The position numbers were made by a program, and so were the translations under genes. A model generated the notes under the pieces. It was given only the letters and a program-made list of their open reading frames with translations. It was not told the DNA's origin and did not search any database. This document shows positions 1 through 31,480 of a stretch of DNA of 64,000 nt, one piece after another. Positions within the stretch are counted from its first letter, which is position 1, and each line of letters opens with the position of its first letter. The stretch is from Amoebidium appalachense (taxonomy: Eukaryota > Protista > Ichthyosporea): the NCBI GenBank assembly GCA_963693365.1, contig CAVNZM010000002.1:8839059-8903058 (forward strand), given 5' to 3'.

Positions 1-381
1 AAGGGGAGGAGATTGGTTTTTTAGACCCATTTGAAGGACAAAGGGCACACGAATGCAAAGGAAGCTCTGAGGATGGCCACCATAATCGCGTGGAAGGGGA
101 AGGATTGTGCGTGTTTAGGGCAAAGCAATGACGGATACATCTTGAAAGGCTAACTGGTTGAGGCCCTGAGGGCAGGTGGGCGGCCAATGTGGTGGAGACG
201 GGCGGGGGAAGGGAGGGGAGGGGGGGAGGGGATGGTTTACACGGAGTGATGTGGAAAGGGGATAATATGAGATGTGTGGGAGCAGTGGTGTTGGAGGAGA
301 GATTGTTTGGGGTGACGGTGGTGATGGGTTCAGGTGGAGTTGTAAAAGCGCATGCCCGCATGCGTGTGTGTGTGGCAGGGT

Positions 382-453
<72 letters not shown>

Positions 454-957
454 TGTGTGTATCTTTGTCTGTGTGTGTGTTTGGAGAGCTTTATTGTTTT
501 TTTATTTTTGGGGGGGGGAAGGGGGGAGAGGAAGAAATGGGGAGAAGTGGGGAGGGGGAGGGGGGGGGGGGGGGAGGGGGGGGTGGAAGAGAGGCTGGCA
601 TAGGGTTTTGTAAGGGGTTGGTTTTTTTTTGCGCCGGGGGGGGGGGATAGGGGGAAGAGGAGGGGTTTGGGGGGAAGGGGAGGGGGGGGGAGGAAGGGAT
701 TGTGCTGTTCATTGTTGACATATATGGTGCTATTCAGAGTTTGATAACGAGACATCCCTTCTCAGTCGTTAATTTATAAACATGCTCAAGTTTACATTTT
801 AACAAGGTAAACTTTTCAATTTCTTTTATCACAATATTGATTTTTTTTCAACTGTCAGGGCCCAAGATCTCTGTTCACTCATGACCCGTCGCCGCCCTCT
901 ACCAATGCTCAAACTCCGCAGCTGCCGCCCACCGATGCAGGTTTGGGGCCAAGACCT

Positions 958-11430
<10,473 letters not shown>

Positions 11431-11615
11431 CTATGGGTTCTACACGGGGAGGCATACTGTCCTCTCCTAATTAGACATTCGCGGGTGCACGCACACACAC
11501 ACACACACACACCTACGCACACACCGTGCACGTGTCACACACATACACACGCGTGTGCACACACACACAGAGAGAGAGAGACACACACACAGACACACAC
11601 ACATTTACACACAAA

Positions 11616-11694
<79 letters not shown>

Positions 11695-12910
11695 TTTCGC
11701 CTTCTCATTACATATCCATCCCCCCCTCCCCCCCCCCCCCCCCCTCCCCCCCCCCCCCTCCCCCCCCCCAGTTCCCTCACTCTTCCCAGGCCCTCTGCCG
11801 TTTGACCGTGCGCCATTCCATTCGTATCTGTTCTGTTTTGTTACTAAATGAAATGACTTTGTAGTTAGCACTAGTTTACATAGTTGTGTGGGGTTCGAAT
11901 GAAAACCCAAGCGCACGTGCGCGCGCGTGCACGCTGTTTGAATGTATGGAATGAAAAGAACGATTGTGAATGCAAATAAAATGGCATGACAAATCATGCA
12001 ACGTATGTGCAAGAGAGATATAAAGTGTACATGGCTTGGTTGAAATGTGAATTTAGTGAGATACATCACCTACACGTACACGCGCATTCATTTATTACAA
12101 AATTAAACAGCATTTTGACGTCGCCCGATAGGGCCTCTAAATCGGCCTAAAGAACCTGCCTAGAAAAATGGGAGGGAAAGCCAGTGGAAGCAACCATTTC
12201 TCGTGTGCCATCTGTGTACTACAGAACACATTCGAGTTAACGTACACCTACAATAACAAACACCACAACACTCACCACTACATACACAACTTGCTTTATT
12301 AGTCGAGTCCATAACTACAAATACAGAATAATAACCACCTGTGTACGTATACGTTGAATTATATAAATTAATGTTCCCTTTTAGGCCTGTTTATATATAA
12401 TATCACACAGGGACTGTGCACGGCACATCACACCGTGCAAGGCTTCTACTGACCCCAACCGACCAATTCAGTGACTTCCTTAATACAGAGCAAATGCAAC
12501 TTCCGCCGTCTTAAATATCTGGACACTCCAAGTACTATTATATACCGATAAAGGTGTTAGACATGATGTTGCCTTGTGGGTTTATTACCATGCAGGGATA
12601 TCGCTCAGATGATCGACCTCGCTTATACTGATCTATGTAAGCGCATCACAGCATACACAATTAGTATAACAGTACGTGCACCGCTAATCCATGATCCAAT
12701 ATCTATCTATATGTACGTATCTATATATATTCAGATGCACACACGTGCATTTTAGGGATATCTGCTCCTGGAATTGCTGAAATTTTGCATGTACCCACCT
12801 ACACTGCCTATGTCTATCTGCATTTCTCCTTCCACATATATACGGTAGGCCTATCGATATCATAAGTCACTTATGTATCTGCATATTGCCTATATATGGT
12901 AATTCTATTT

Positions 12911-19040
<6,130 letters not shown>

Positions 19041-19239
19041 TCTGGGAAAAGGTGTGGTGCAGCAGCAGAAACTGTCCTTTTTGTATACAAGAAATAGTGT
19101 CCTTTAGAAAAGAAAGTGTTGTGAAGGCACAAAAGGAGAAAGTGAAGACTGCCAGCCTAATCCCAGCCGCCAGAACGCAACAAAAAAAAAAAAAAAAAAC
19201 AGAACGGAACGGAACAAAAAATTCCTGATGGTTTGTAAA

Positions 19240-19300
19240 TGACCAATCAAATCAGTGCGTGGCTTTTTGCCTTATATGGTGCACGATTGGATGATTAGGG
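19240..19300 (-). promoter_or_regulatory. Putative GALM promoter with CCAAT boxes
   Basis: GACCAATCA and GATTGGATG in a repeat-free stretch just upstream of the inferred start. Confidence 0.3.
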
Positions 19301-21338
19301 GGTCTTACCGGGTTCTGGAAAGCGAATTTTGGGGAAAAATTAGGGCTCAAAGAGCTCTTGCATACGATTTCACAGAAAGTTTATGATTTTTATTTGTTAA
19401 TCAATTTTTAATATATGTTAGAAAATAATGAACGGGGTAATATATTATCTGGATAAAGAAGTGGTTTACTGCACGTAATTACTAGAGTTCAACTTCTCAA
19501 ATAAAACCCCCAACTTTTTTCCATCATCTTGGGGAACAGGCTGCGGCGATTCGTGAAAAACGCATCAGTGCTCTAGGGGGATGCACGCTTTTTCTCTCCT
19601 TCTTTCTCGGTTTTCTTTCTTGGTTTCTTTTTCATTTATTTTCTATTTGTGTGTCTATCACTATGTCACTCAGTTGCACACTATCATAGCATTTTCCTTT
19701 AGCACAAAGGTCCTTGAAAATGACTCAAATTACGTCATGGCACCACATACCCCTGTATACCATACCCCGGGTACCCTCGAGCTCCCGCTCTCCCCCACGG
19801 AACCACCTTCTCTGCGCCCTCACCGCTAGCCCTTCTCCATTCCCTTTCCCCTCCCCTTTACTCACTCCGTACGTGCTCCAACAACCCGCCTCTAGTTTCT
19901 CTTGATCATAAATAATCCAGCCACAAATAAATTCCACATCCTCTTTTTCCCCCCCGCGCGCTGCTTTTTTCCAGGGCTCCCGATCACACATGCACCCTCA
20001 CATTCGTGATTCACATCTCACCTCCAAAGACACGTTCTCTCCTGTCAACTGTCCAACCGTGCATCCTCCCAGGTCTTCTCCCCCTCTCCCCTTCAGCCCC
20101 CCTTCCCCGCTTCCCTCATCCCAGGTTCAATTGTACTTACCCGTGCCTCACCGGTAGGGGAAATACACCACCCTTTTAAACTCGCGGGCGAAACTAGGAC
20201 GATAGCACTTCAAGTTGGCGCCCTTCCCCGTTTGTTTTGATATTTAACAGGATCCTGCTCTTCCTCTTCTTCTACCATACGAGCTGAACCCCTTGCAAAC
20301 AATCGAAGGCTGCCAAGTGAAGTGTAACGCCATATTTACAGCAAGAATTGAAGTCAGGCTTGTGTGCTTCGCAGTGAGCCCTACATATGTGGTCTGTGCA
20401 TGCGCCTCCGAGTGTTACCTGCCCGCACAAGCACACACACACGTTAATATGCAATCACACAGACAAACATGCAAATATACGGAAACACATTGTGAGGTTG
20501 CAGGCACACAGATGCACCTGCTAGCACGTGCGAGACAGTCTCTCTTGCGTGCGCGCGCACAAACACACACGCGCATGCAAATGCATACGCACACGCACAC
20601 GCGCGCACACACAAACACGCACGCATGCGCGCATGTGAGCACACACAAACACACAACACGCACGCGCGCGCACACATACACACAAGTGTACACACACACA
20701 CACACGACAGGTCAGAGGACCGCGGCAGCGTCCGCACACCGTGCATACACACATACTTAATTAACGCATCCACACGTTTTACACACGTTTTACACATATG
20801 AGCACAATGTGTATTTGCTTGAGCTCGGTTTCGCGGAAGTGTTAGTTTGAGATCAGACAAAAGGTTCAAGAGGCAGCTCTAGTGTTAACTGCTAGCTCTA
20901 CGTAAAAACAGTGAAGCTGCTATTCAAAAAAACAAATCGTAATCTAATGATTGATATTTTTGTTAACGAGTATTAATTTTGAATCGTGCGTAAGAAGCAA
21001 AAGCGGTTGTGTGCACCCCCTTTCACTCAAAAGCTTCGAGGTTGGGTGACAAGACAAGGGATAAAAAAGGTCAGGCTCACTGAACGTATTCAGTTAAAAA
21101 GTAATATATATCACAAAAAGATGTTCTATGATTATCATAATAAAATAATCTTACAGTAGCGGCTGTACACGGGTGGATACCGTCCACAAATATATCTATT
21201 AGGGCATAGCAAAGACCCAAGGTAAGCCTTACAGCGATAAACGGCCACAGTGAGAACGTTCTGCGACAAAGCCGTAAATGCAAGCTAAATACATAGACAA
21301 ACGCAAAAAAAAAATGTGCACCCACACCACCGCAAAGC

Positions 21339-22227
21339 CTAACTAGCCCTTACAAGAACAGTGGTCCTAATAGGAATACCCAACCCCCTCAGCCACTCCG
21401 TATACGTGTGACACCCTGGTATAAACCCCGGGCACGCCCACCTTTCCACATGCACCCCCATAACTCACTATCCCGGTCTGTATCGCTGTTGTTCCTGACA
21501 TAACGAAAAGCGGACCACCGCTGTCTCCCTGGCATGAATCCTTGCCTGCCTGCCCGCCTGCGCACACATGGTAACGTGAACTTACCCCTCCCCAGATTTT
21601 CATGCAATTAGTCATGCTGACCATGGGAAGGGAAACTTGACGAAGAGTAGGACTCGTGTAGGAGGCTCCATTGGTAGTCACCCACCACCCAGTTGTGAGT
21701 GCATATCTAGGAGGGAGCTCATATCGGTAATCTCGGTTGAGAGTAATGGGTGTGTTCGTGCATGGGGCATTAAGCCTAAGCACAGCCAAATCGTTGGTTA
21801 TCCAAACCTTGTTGTAGTAAGGATGTATACGTTGGAATACAATAATATCTCTTGAAAGTCCACCTGCGAGTCAAATCTGCCCCGCCAATGAGTGCGGTAT
21901 CTCCTACGGCGGGATAGTCGTACTCGCAATGGGCCGCTGTAAGCACGTAGTAGGGAGATATGAGTGTTCCCCCGCAGTGGTGATAGTACAGTGAGCTCCC
22001 GTAGAAAAACCCCAGAGATACCATCCAGGGTTTGGCACCTGTGTTTGTGCCCCCTACTATCGATGCCATGATGTTTGTGCTTTGGGGTTGTATAGGTTGG
22101 TAAGGTTGACGATGGTGGGGTTTTGGCGCGAGATGAAGGGCGCGGGTGGGGGTTCGGCCGAGTAAACGCCGCGTGGCTCTCTTAGTATAGTTGAGAGAAA
22201 AAGGGAAACAAAACGTAAACATCCCAT
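21339..22227 (-). pseudogene. Intronless trypsin-family (S1A) serine protease, copy 1, with three frameshifts
   Basis: N-terminus MGCLRFVSLFL, then IVGG, CGGTLI, TAAHC, NDL and GKDSCQGDSGGP. Frameshifts relative to copy 2 lie at about 22075, 21845 and 21405; the conserved GWG is changed to GWW. Confidence 0.9.
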
Positions 22228-22868
22228 TTTTCTAGTCGGCTGTTGCGGTGGTGATACACCTGAGTGATGACCGGTTGGGATATCTCTCGTTTTGGTTGAC
22301 AATCGCTGCCCTTTACTTGCTTGCCCGCGCTCAGGGGCGCCTTCATAATAATATGTATATATCCGCCTGGACGCGTGTAGAAGCAAACCCAGTCACTCCC
22401 AGGGTAAAGAGTCCATGCAACACTCGCGGAACTTCAGTAAGCAGTCGTAGAATATGATCTAGAATATTGATATGAGCGATTGCGGTCACGCACGTGAACA
22501 GTAAAGGTGCCTTCGAATCGATGCCACCAGCAGCTACCCAAAAACACACTCAAAATGTCTTTGTCAAACGAGGTTTGGTGAGGTCTTCTAAATGCGTATG
22601 TACAGTACATAGCTATAGGTACAGTACGGCCACTACTGTAGCTTAATTATTTATTTGTAGTGACCAGCCCGCTGTGGTCCGGGCGACGTTGACTAACTGA
22701 CAGAGGATGCACCGAATATGTTGGTGAATCATTGATCATTATGCATCGACCAAAATATCCGAGATGAAAGCTATGGTGATGAGTTTTTGGCCTATGTATG
22801 TTCATTTTCTTTCTAATAAAAGAAGAAAGAAAGAAATAATAAATAGGGGAAATCTATTTGCTAGCTTG

Positions 22869-23610
22869 TGCCTCGAGTAAACAGCGTGAACCCCATACAA
22901 CCATAGGGTTAACGTTCTTTATTAAACATGCATTTGTGAATACATAGTTATCTGGATGGCCACGAGTTGCAAATGGGGGGGGGGGGGGGGGGATGTGCTG
23001 TTTATTAACGACATGTAGAAACCCCGCAAAAGTGTGCGCGTGACTTTGGACTGCCACCTACTTACATATTAGACATGTAGATAATCACAAAATAATTACA
23101 TAATATAACAAATGGAAAAAGATGCCACACGACACTAGACCCGATGAAAGCATACACCTAAGGCCTGGAAAACTAAGCCTTATGTCTCGTTTGATAATGA
23201 TAATGACCGCCTTAACCATATTGCCAAATATAATGGCACTCGCAAATGTGCAACACCTAAATACATATTACCTTCCTGTAGAATTGGTCTTTCTATAGCT
23301 GATAGTATTATTGTCCACTTACCACTCTTTTACTGTACACGTGCTATACAGTGGAGACCTAATAAGTATAACGTGGCATCGTTTGCATGCCCAAACAAAA
23401 CACACACACACCAGTTTAAACGGTCATGTATTGCCAAATGTAGTTTGATAGACCACATAATACCGCAGCACACACACGACACATTCAACACCCAGAAAGA
23501 TAGCCTACCTGAAAATTACAACATCCTTGATTTTATACTAAACACATGTAACTATGACCTGTTTATTAGATGTATTGATTGGCTTGAGAAACACATCATT
23601 ACAAAATTCT

Positions 23611-23696
<86 letters not shown>

Positions 23697-23723
23697 CACA
23701 CACGCACACACACACACACACAC

Positions 23724-23761
<38 letters not shown>

Positions 23762-23793
23762 AGCTGATACCGAGTGTCCCAGGGGATCCCCGG

Positions 23794-23825
<32 letters not shown>

Positions 23826-24015
23826 GGGGAACCCAACTAATTGATTTTCTCAGTCTTTATGGTGCTTCGTAGAGTAAGAAAACCCTGATAATATATATCA
23901 GCACCCGACATCTATGTACTTGATCATGATATACCGCTGAGGGGATATTCCGAGCAATAACCCCCATACCTGAGACTGGTCTCTCTTTGCCTCGAGTAAA
24001 CAGCGTAAACCCCAT
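22869..24015 (+). repeat. Pair of 28-bp direct repeats (22869-22896 and 23988-24015)
   Basis: TGCCTCGAGTAAACAGCGT(G/A)AACCCCAT, 1 mismatch, bracketing the LINE fragment. Confidence 0.9.
23100..23760 (+). mobile_element. 5'-truncated non-LTR retrotransposon 3' end followed by a (CA)n tract
   Basis: Open frame 23148-23612 reads ILPSCRIG..D..I...RAIQWR..CPN..FKR..C..NYNILDFILN, resembling the C-terminal region of fungal-type LINE ORF2 and the fragment at 47430-47775. (CA)n starts directly after the stop. Confidence 0.65.
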
Positions 24016-24379
24016 GATCATATCCAACATATAATGGGTATGGGGAGATACTTCAAGTATTTCTCACCTGACTGTCACCAACAGCAACTATTAAATCCTT
24101 TTTTGGTGAAATACAGCAGAGGAAAAGAGTGCCGCATATCATAAGCATAATTTCGGAAGCTTGTAAACCCTCCCGCCAGCCACTTAGACTAGTACCGTAG
24201 GCCTGTGTCTCTTTCCAAGACCGTCATCAAGTATGAGCAATAAATCTCCCTTGTACGGCGGTGCGGAGCCCTTCTCTGAGTGGTTGACTCTGCACCTGTT
24301 TACTCTAAAGGGATCCAGAATGTGAATGAAGCGCGCGCCGGCGCCACGCAGGATATCAATGGCCCGCTCTAGCTCTCCA

Positions 24380-24814
<435 letters not shown>

Positions 24815-25264
24815 CGGTCTCCGAGGCTCTCTCTCCCTCTATTGATCATGATCTATCTATCTCTATTTCTTTATATCTCTCTATCTCTCTCTCTCCTTCC
24901 TCCCTGCCCCACGTCTCTCTCCCCACCTCTCCCCCTCTCCCCCTCCAGCTCCCTCTCCCTCTCTCCCTGTCTCAGTCTCCCTCAGACTACCTCTCTTCCC
25001 CCCCCCCCCCCCCCCCCCCCCCGCCCCCGCCCCCATCCCCCTTTCCCCCGCTTCCAGCCGCTTCGCCGTCCATATCCCCCCTCCCGCCTCCAGGGCCCTA
25101 TCCGCGGTGCTCTTGCTTCTGGCCACACACACGTACGCGTAGTATGCACAAATCATCGATCACGAGTGTCACACACCAAGACCATCTGCACATCCTCCAT
25201 TGAGCTATCACTTAGTAACTGCAATCATAACGCCTGTTGCTAATCTTAGATATTTCCAGCTTTG

Positions 25265-26850
25265 TTAGCACGTTAACTTAATCATACATGTACATTGTCT
25301 CTGTGTCACTTTCTTCTTGGTCCAAGCGGGATTGTGGTACATGAGAGCGTGGGCCGATGGTACATGTGGGCCGGGGCCGGGGGAGGGGGGGGGGGGGGGA
25401 GGGGGGGGGGGGGGAGGGGGGCACGGCGGCAACCGACGTTGTAAAGCCGAATCCAGAATTAAGGGGGGGGGAGGGGGGGGAAGAAGAATAAAAAAAAACG
25501 TAGGTTCACAACCGTTTCCAGCACTGTACATACTCGGCAATTGAAGTACTTGAACAAACCCGCAGCATTCTTCTTGGGGCTTGGGTGCCGCCCCCGGGCC
25601 CAAGGGAGGGTTGGGGGTAGGGGGGGGGGGGGGGGGGGGGGGGCACATTATTCTGTGGTGGGGAAGAACTTCTGAGAGATGTGATGGATAGCTGGTTGCT
25701 GGGTAGGTGAGGGGGGAGTTAGATTATTTCGAAATGAACTTGTCTACGGCGGTAACAGAAAAGGTTCAAGCAGAAATGAAGCCTCGGGGCCCCCCTCCAC
25801 CTCCCTCCCCCCCCCCCCCCCCCCCATCTCCGCTAGGAGTCCCCTCCCCCAACCTCCCCCCCCCCCCCCCTCCCCCGGGCCCTTCTCCCATTCAACCCCT
25901 ATGGCAAAAAGGAGCTTTTCTCCATATGTCACGCACGGACGCACCAGATTCTATCCGCTTCTATAGCACCCATCACCATTACCCACCATTTGGTGAGTCA
26001 CATGAGGTGATAAATTTATGCTCCACGAAGAGAGAATTTCGGATTCAGCAATGTGACGGTCGGGTTTTCACCGGTGAAGGCATCGAAATTGGATCAGATG
26101 GAGAGGGGGGAGGGGGGAGGGGGGAGGGGGGGAGGGAGGGGGGGGGGGGGGGGGAGGGGGGGGGGGGGGGGGGGGGGGGTACCTTACGAGGGCTGCTGTT
26201 TCTTCATATAGATTCTCCGAGCCTCTCCTGTTGCGCACGTGCGGCAGCCTATCATCATCCGTTTTGCCCCTATTTATGCCTTTAATATGTCTCATAAATT
26301 TGATCAAAAATGACCGGTCCCCCCCAACTTCCTCCCCACCCCTCCACCCATTTCCAACCCCCTCTATCTTCCCCCTCACCTCCCTCTGCAGGCTGGCCTC
26401 AAAATAAGTGAGGGACGGGGGGGGGGGGGGGGGGGGGGGAGGGGAGGCGTGGGGGGGGGGGGGGGGGAGGGGGCAGGGAGGGGAGGGGGGGGGGGGGTTT
26501 GGGGAAGGGGGGGGGGGGGAGGGAGTGGAGGGGCAGAGCGGAGGAGATGTTATCGTTGGATACTCCGCAGGTTCGTTGAAAATATTAGCACTGTGAATTG
26601 ATTGTGAAGGACCCCAGCAGCAGTCAGGAGAAGGTGATGGTGTACTACGACGCGCCTGTGTGGCTCATGAACAAGAAGAATTGAAAATCTCCCCCTGGGG
26701 GAGGGGGAGGGGGGGGGGGGGGGAGGATCGGAAGGGCCGGGGGAGGGAAGAAGGGGGGGGGAAAGGTGGGGGGGGGGGGGGGGGGTTGGAGGGGCCTGGG
26801 GAAGGGAAGGGGGAGGGGAGTATCATACATGGGCTCATTTTCAGTTGAAT
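25265..26850 (-). mobile_element. Possible decayed piggyBac-like transposase, broken by poly-G/C tracts
   Basis: Minus-strand fragments in shifting frames, in plausible order: DRH, RNSLFVEHKFIT, KWWVMVMGAIEAD, FNCRVCT and YHNP. They recall the last catalytic-Asp region and Cys-rich tail of that group. No TIRs found. Confidence 0.3.
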
Positions 26851-27661
26851 GCAAAAACTGCCACTATCAATTTAAAAATCCGCACACAACATCATGTAGT
26901 TTCCAACACTTCCATTCGTAAACAAACAACAATGCATTTAAAGTACGCAACACCATTATTTTTACACACTGCCATTTTCTTCGTACACGGCAACATTTAC
27001 ATATACATTATTGTTTAGTATAATGCCCGTCACACGGTCAAACTGCCCTTGACCGTTAATGTTGCCATTTCCACACCCCAAATTTGCCACACATTCTTAC
27101 AAAATGATACCCCTACTGCACACCTATGATCATAATATTATGCTGAGATCTCGGAACAGGAATAAACTACACGGGTGATTGAATGGAGCCTTCAAAGAAT
27201 GTAGCTTATAGATTGGGATCTAGCCTAACTCACGGTTGCAAGAATCTGTAATTTCCAGTATCTGTAAGCCTTGCTAGCCTAGGAGTCTGTCTTTAATTAA
27301 AAACATACACGACACTTTACAACGCTCTCTACTGAGGTATTTGATACCATGGTCACCTCAGTACGTAAATACTACTGATGTAGGGTTTGGTATATTCTGG
27401 CCTAAGTACAGCCACAGCTACAGGAATTTCATGGTGTTATGAAAACGTGGAACAGGAATATGTATACAATAGACACGACAGTGAGGTAACCAAAAAGACG
27501 CCTGAAGCAAAAATAAAAATAAAAGGTACAAATATCACATTGAATACACTGTTTCTACACACCATACACATTTAATCTCTACGTATTTTGATGCATTTAA
27601 TCACTTAAACCCCTCACGGAATTCCATCTTAGAGTAGGTTAACGGCCGTTAAATTAGAGTG

Positions 27662-28527
27662 TTACTTTTTAACGAGTGCAGTGACCTTGATGGGAATACC
27701 CAAGCTCTTCAGCCACGCCGTGTACTGCGAAACCCTGGTATAAACCCCGGGCGTTCCAGCCCTCCCACACCCATACCCATAACTCACAATCCCGGTTTGA
27801 ATCGCCGTTGTTCCCGACATAACAAAAAGCGGTCCACCGCTGTCTCCCTGGCACGAATCCTTGCCTGCCTGCCCGCCCGCACACACATGGTAACGTGAAC
27901 TCACGTCTCCTCCATAAACATTGCTGCATGAAGTGGTACTGTACATGGGAAGCACCACCTGACGAAGGGTCGAGCTAACACTTTCCCCACCCTCCGAAGT
28001 GACCCCCCACCCGGAAACAATCGCGGATTTACCCACCGCCTCGTTTCTGATGTCTTGGTTGAGCGTGATGGGCGTGTTGGTAGTGGAAGCACTCAACAGA
28101 GATCATTTATGACCAAATTGTTATCGAAAGAGGGGTGTGTGCGTGCTGACACGATGCTGAATCTCTTGAATGTCCACTGGTTTCTAAGGTCAGCGCCGCC
28201 AATCAAAACCGTGTCTCCGGCCTGGGGTTCGCAGTGTCCTGCTGTAAGTACGTAATTTGAAGAAATGAGCGACCCCCCACAATAGTGGTTGTAATATCCC
28301 CCCGAAAAATAACCGATGGATACCATCCAAGGCTTAGCTGCTGTGTTCGAACCTCCCACGATCGACGTTATAATTTGGTGCGCATTGGGGCGGGTAATGT
28401 TGACGCGGATGGGGTTTAAGCGCGAGACGGGGGGTAAAACTCGTTGCGCCGTTGGGGTTGAAGCCTGAGAGTCAATTCCTCCCACTAGAAGCGCCAGGAA
28501 GAAAAACAAAAGGCTTTGTCGAGTCAT
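27662..28527 (-). pseudogene. Intronless trypsin-family (S1A) serine protease, copy 2, with one frameshift
   Basis: Signal peptide MTRQSLLFFFLALLVGG, then IVGG, TAGHC, NDL, GWG, GKDSCQGDSGGP and PGVYTRVS. An apparent 10-nt deletion at about 28097 follows the catalytic Asp (AVLR of copy 1 is missing). Confidence 0.9.
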
Positions 28528-30224
28528 TTTTGGTGATGTCGCATGCACGGTGGCTTAAAGTATTCTACGGTAGGAGTAGGGCCTTATTATACACTAACAT
28601 GTGGATTTGAAATTGTGTTGCTCGTATTGCACCTGTGTTGTTTGTGTTGGGGCCAAGTAATTATGTTTTCTTGCGGTGTTCAGTTCTTTCATTCAAGTTG
28701 TTGAATGCTCGAGTTTGTTGCTGTGGTACTGTAGGCGACTCACTGTGTGCAACTGAGTGCTCGAGCTAGGTGAATGGTGGCTAATTTATACGTGTGTGGT
28801 CGCACTTCGTTTCACGATACGACATCTGGTAGGCTCGAGCCCAAGCTCTCAGACACCAAAGGCTTCGTTCGCTCGAAGTGCTCACCTATGTATAGTAGTG
28901 TTGGCCGTTTTTTGGGCCCTGCCAGTGTGATGATAAAGAATGACCGACGCGGCGGCCATCGGACGGGAACTGGTATGCACTTGCATATAAAGCCATTTTT
29001 GCTAAATTTAGACATCACTATATCTCAATATATAAATGGTTGGAAGGTGACACTGAGGTGACTTGGCTACATCACATACACACATAAAGTTCTGTTTCGC
29101 TTTTGGAACTTCAATCTTTCAACCAGAAGAAGACCAAATATCTATAAAACATAAAGATACCGTTTACAGTTTGCTCTTTGTTTATTTGGTCTCTTCTCTT
29201 CCCTTTCGCATATAGCCTATGATTGAAAGAGCAGAAAGCGAATGAGATAACCGAGTTATTCACTAATAATACTGTAGTATAGGGAGCCTGCGGTATTTCA
29301 AATTTTCCACTGTAGTGGTGTTTAGTCTGCTCAAATACCTGCCAACATTAGGTACTTTATCCATAACTTATGTTGTTTTTATATTGAGAGAGGAGACTTA
29401 GGAGAGAAAGCTGTGTAGAATTGCTAATGAAAAGTGCGCGGGCGGCGGGAGAAATCCTAAAAATATATCTTATCCAGCATTCATGATGACGGTGTGCGAG
29501 GACTATTTTTGATTGGTATTCAGATAATAGCAGATTCCCTGTTTATCCTCAGTATGGCCTGGGGTGGGGAATGTCACTGAGTTGCTCCCGAATTAGGCGT
29601 CTTGATTCAACAGCCACTTATCCAGCACAGTTGCAACTTATGATTTTTGTTTTGCTGTTTGTGACTTGAATAAATGCGGCCCACTATCCGCCCTTCTCGC
29701 AAATAGGCGCACCAGGATTCGACCTGCAAGTCTTGCAAGCACCAGCCAGATCTCCTTAGATCACAACAGTGCGTGCACGTGCGGAAGTGGTCAACGGTTG
29801 GCTCATGCCGCATAGCACTGGACCAAATTAGGCTATTTTGAAGGCTATTTTTAGTTTTTCGAACTTTGGTATGCCGAACCAGACTCTGCGCCAGCTGGCC
29901 TTTGAAGTTTGAACTTCGAGAAGGAAGGAAAAGAAACTTGATTAGCCGCCGCGGGGAGGATCGGATATATATCGATCGACGACTGTCGAACACGGAAGAT
30001 CTCTCTCTCTTTCTCCCTGAAGCTCCTCTTTCCATGCCCTCCCTTTCTCCCTCCCTCCCTCTTTCTCCCCCTCTCCTCTCTTCTCTCTTCACTCCCCGAG
30101 GCTCTCTCTGTCTCTCCCTCTCTCGCCGAGGCTCTCTCCCTCCCCAAGTTCTCACTCCCCCACGCGTGGCACACACACGCAACTACCCCAACACACCGTA
30201 TGATACACAATCTAGCTAGATATC

Positions 30225-30262
<38 letters not shown>

Positions 30263-30267
30263 CCCCC

Positions 30268-30324
<57 letters not shown>

Positions 30325-30340
30325 CCCCTCTCCCCCCCCC

Positions 30341-30411
<71 letters not shown>

Positions 30412-30683
30412 CCCCCCCCCCCCCCCCTCTCTCTCTCTCTTTCATCCTCCCTCTCTCAGAGTCTCTCTCTCTATCAGAGCACCCTCTCTCTCTATCTCTT
30501 CCCCCTCGGCCCCCCTCCCCCACCCACCCCCCCCCAATCTTTCTCGAGGCCTCGCGCCACTCTCTCTCCAACCAGGCTCCTCTCTCAGAGTCCCTCTCTC
30601 TCCCTCCCTCTCCCCCCTTCCCCGTGCACACACCACCCCCCCACACCCCCCCCCCCCCCCCACCCCCAACTGTTCCCCTTCCT

Positions 30684-30722
<39 letters not shown>

Positions 30723-30886
30723 CCCAGGCCTAGGAATACCAGCTAGTACTACTAGGCTACATGGTAGAAACTATCTCTCTGTCAACACACTTTCTCTCTC
30801 CTATGTACACACACAAACACAAACACATCATACCGTGGCACGCAGAGACACACACACAAACAGACACACCCACACCCACGCACAAT

Positions 30887-30919
<33 letters not shown>

Positions 30920-31244
30920 TCTCTCTCCCCCTGCCTCTCCCTCCCTCTCTTCTCTCTCTCTCTCTCTCTCTCTCTCCGTCTCCGGGACCCTCTCGAGCGT
31001 GCTCTCTCTCAGACGCTGTCGTGTGCGTGAGTGCGTGCACCACGCGTGCTTGTAATAATATGTATGTGAGTGAATGTGAGTGAGTGAGTGTGTTTCAGAG
31101 TGTGTGTGTGTGTACATGTGTGTGTGTGCCACCGGTGTGCAAAAGTGTACACGAGTGTGTGTGTGTACATGGTGTGTTCGTGCGTACATGTACATAAGTA
31201 TCGTGTGTGAGTGTGCGTGTGCGCGGGGGGTAGACTTTCAACTA

Positions 31245-31480
31245 CAGTCAGCGATATGAAGGCAGACCCAATCACAACCTATGTAAACAAAAATTAGGCG
31301 TTTTGATTTGACCATTATCAGTGCAGCACCGTTTTTTACCCCTTTTACCCCCCCTCTGCTTTTTCCACAGCCAATGAGCGTCGAATTCCATAGATTTAAT
31401 CCTGTCAGGATTGCATGAAGATCACGTACGGAGGGCCGAATTGGGCTCTGTGATTGGGTCTGCCTTCATGTCGCTGGCTG
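31245..31480. mobile_element. 236-bp Tc1/mariner-pogo-type MITE
   Basis: 32-bp TIRs CAG(T/C)CAGCGA(T/C)ATGAAGGCAGACCCAATCACA with 2 mismatches, flanked by TA on both sides (31243-31244 and 31481-31482). Confidence 0.9.

Noticed and set aside
1-330. Possible LINE C-terminal fragment on the minus strand (RCIRHCFAL..LWWPS..ALC)
   Set aside because: Similarity is too weak and the segment is truncated by the window edge.
29705-29750. tRNA-like T-arm on the minus strand (GGTCGAATCC)
   Set aside because: No cloverleaf or A-box could be built.
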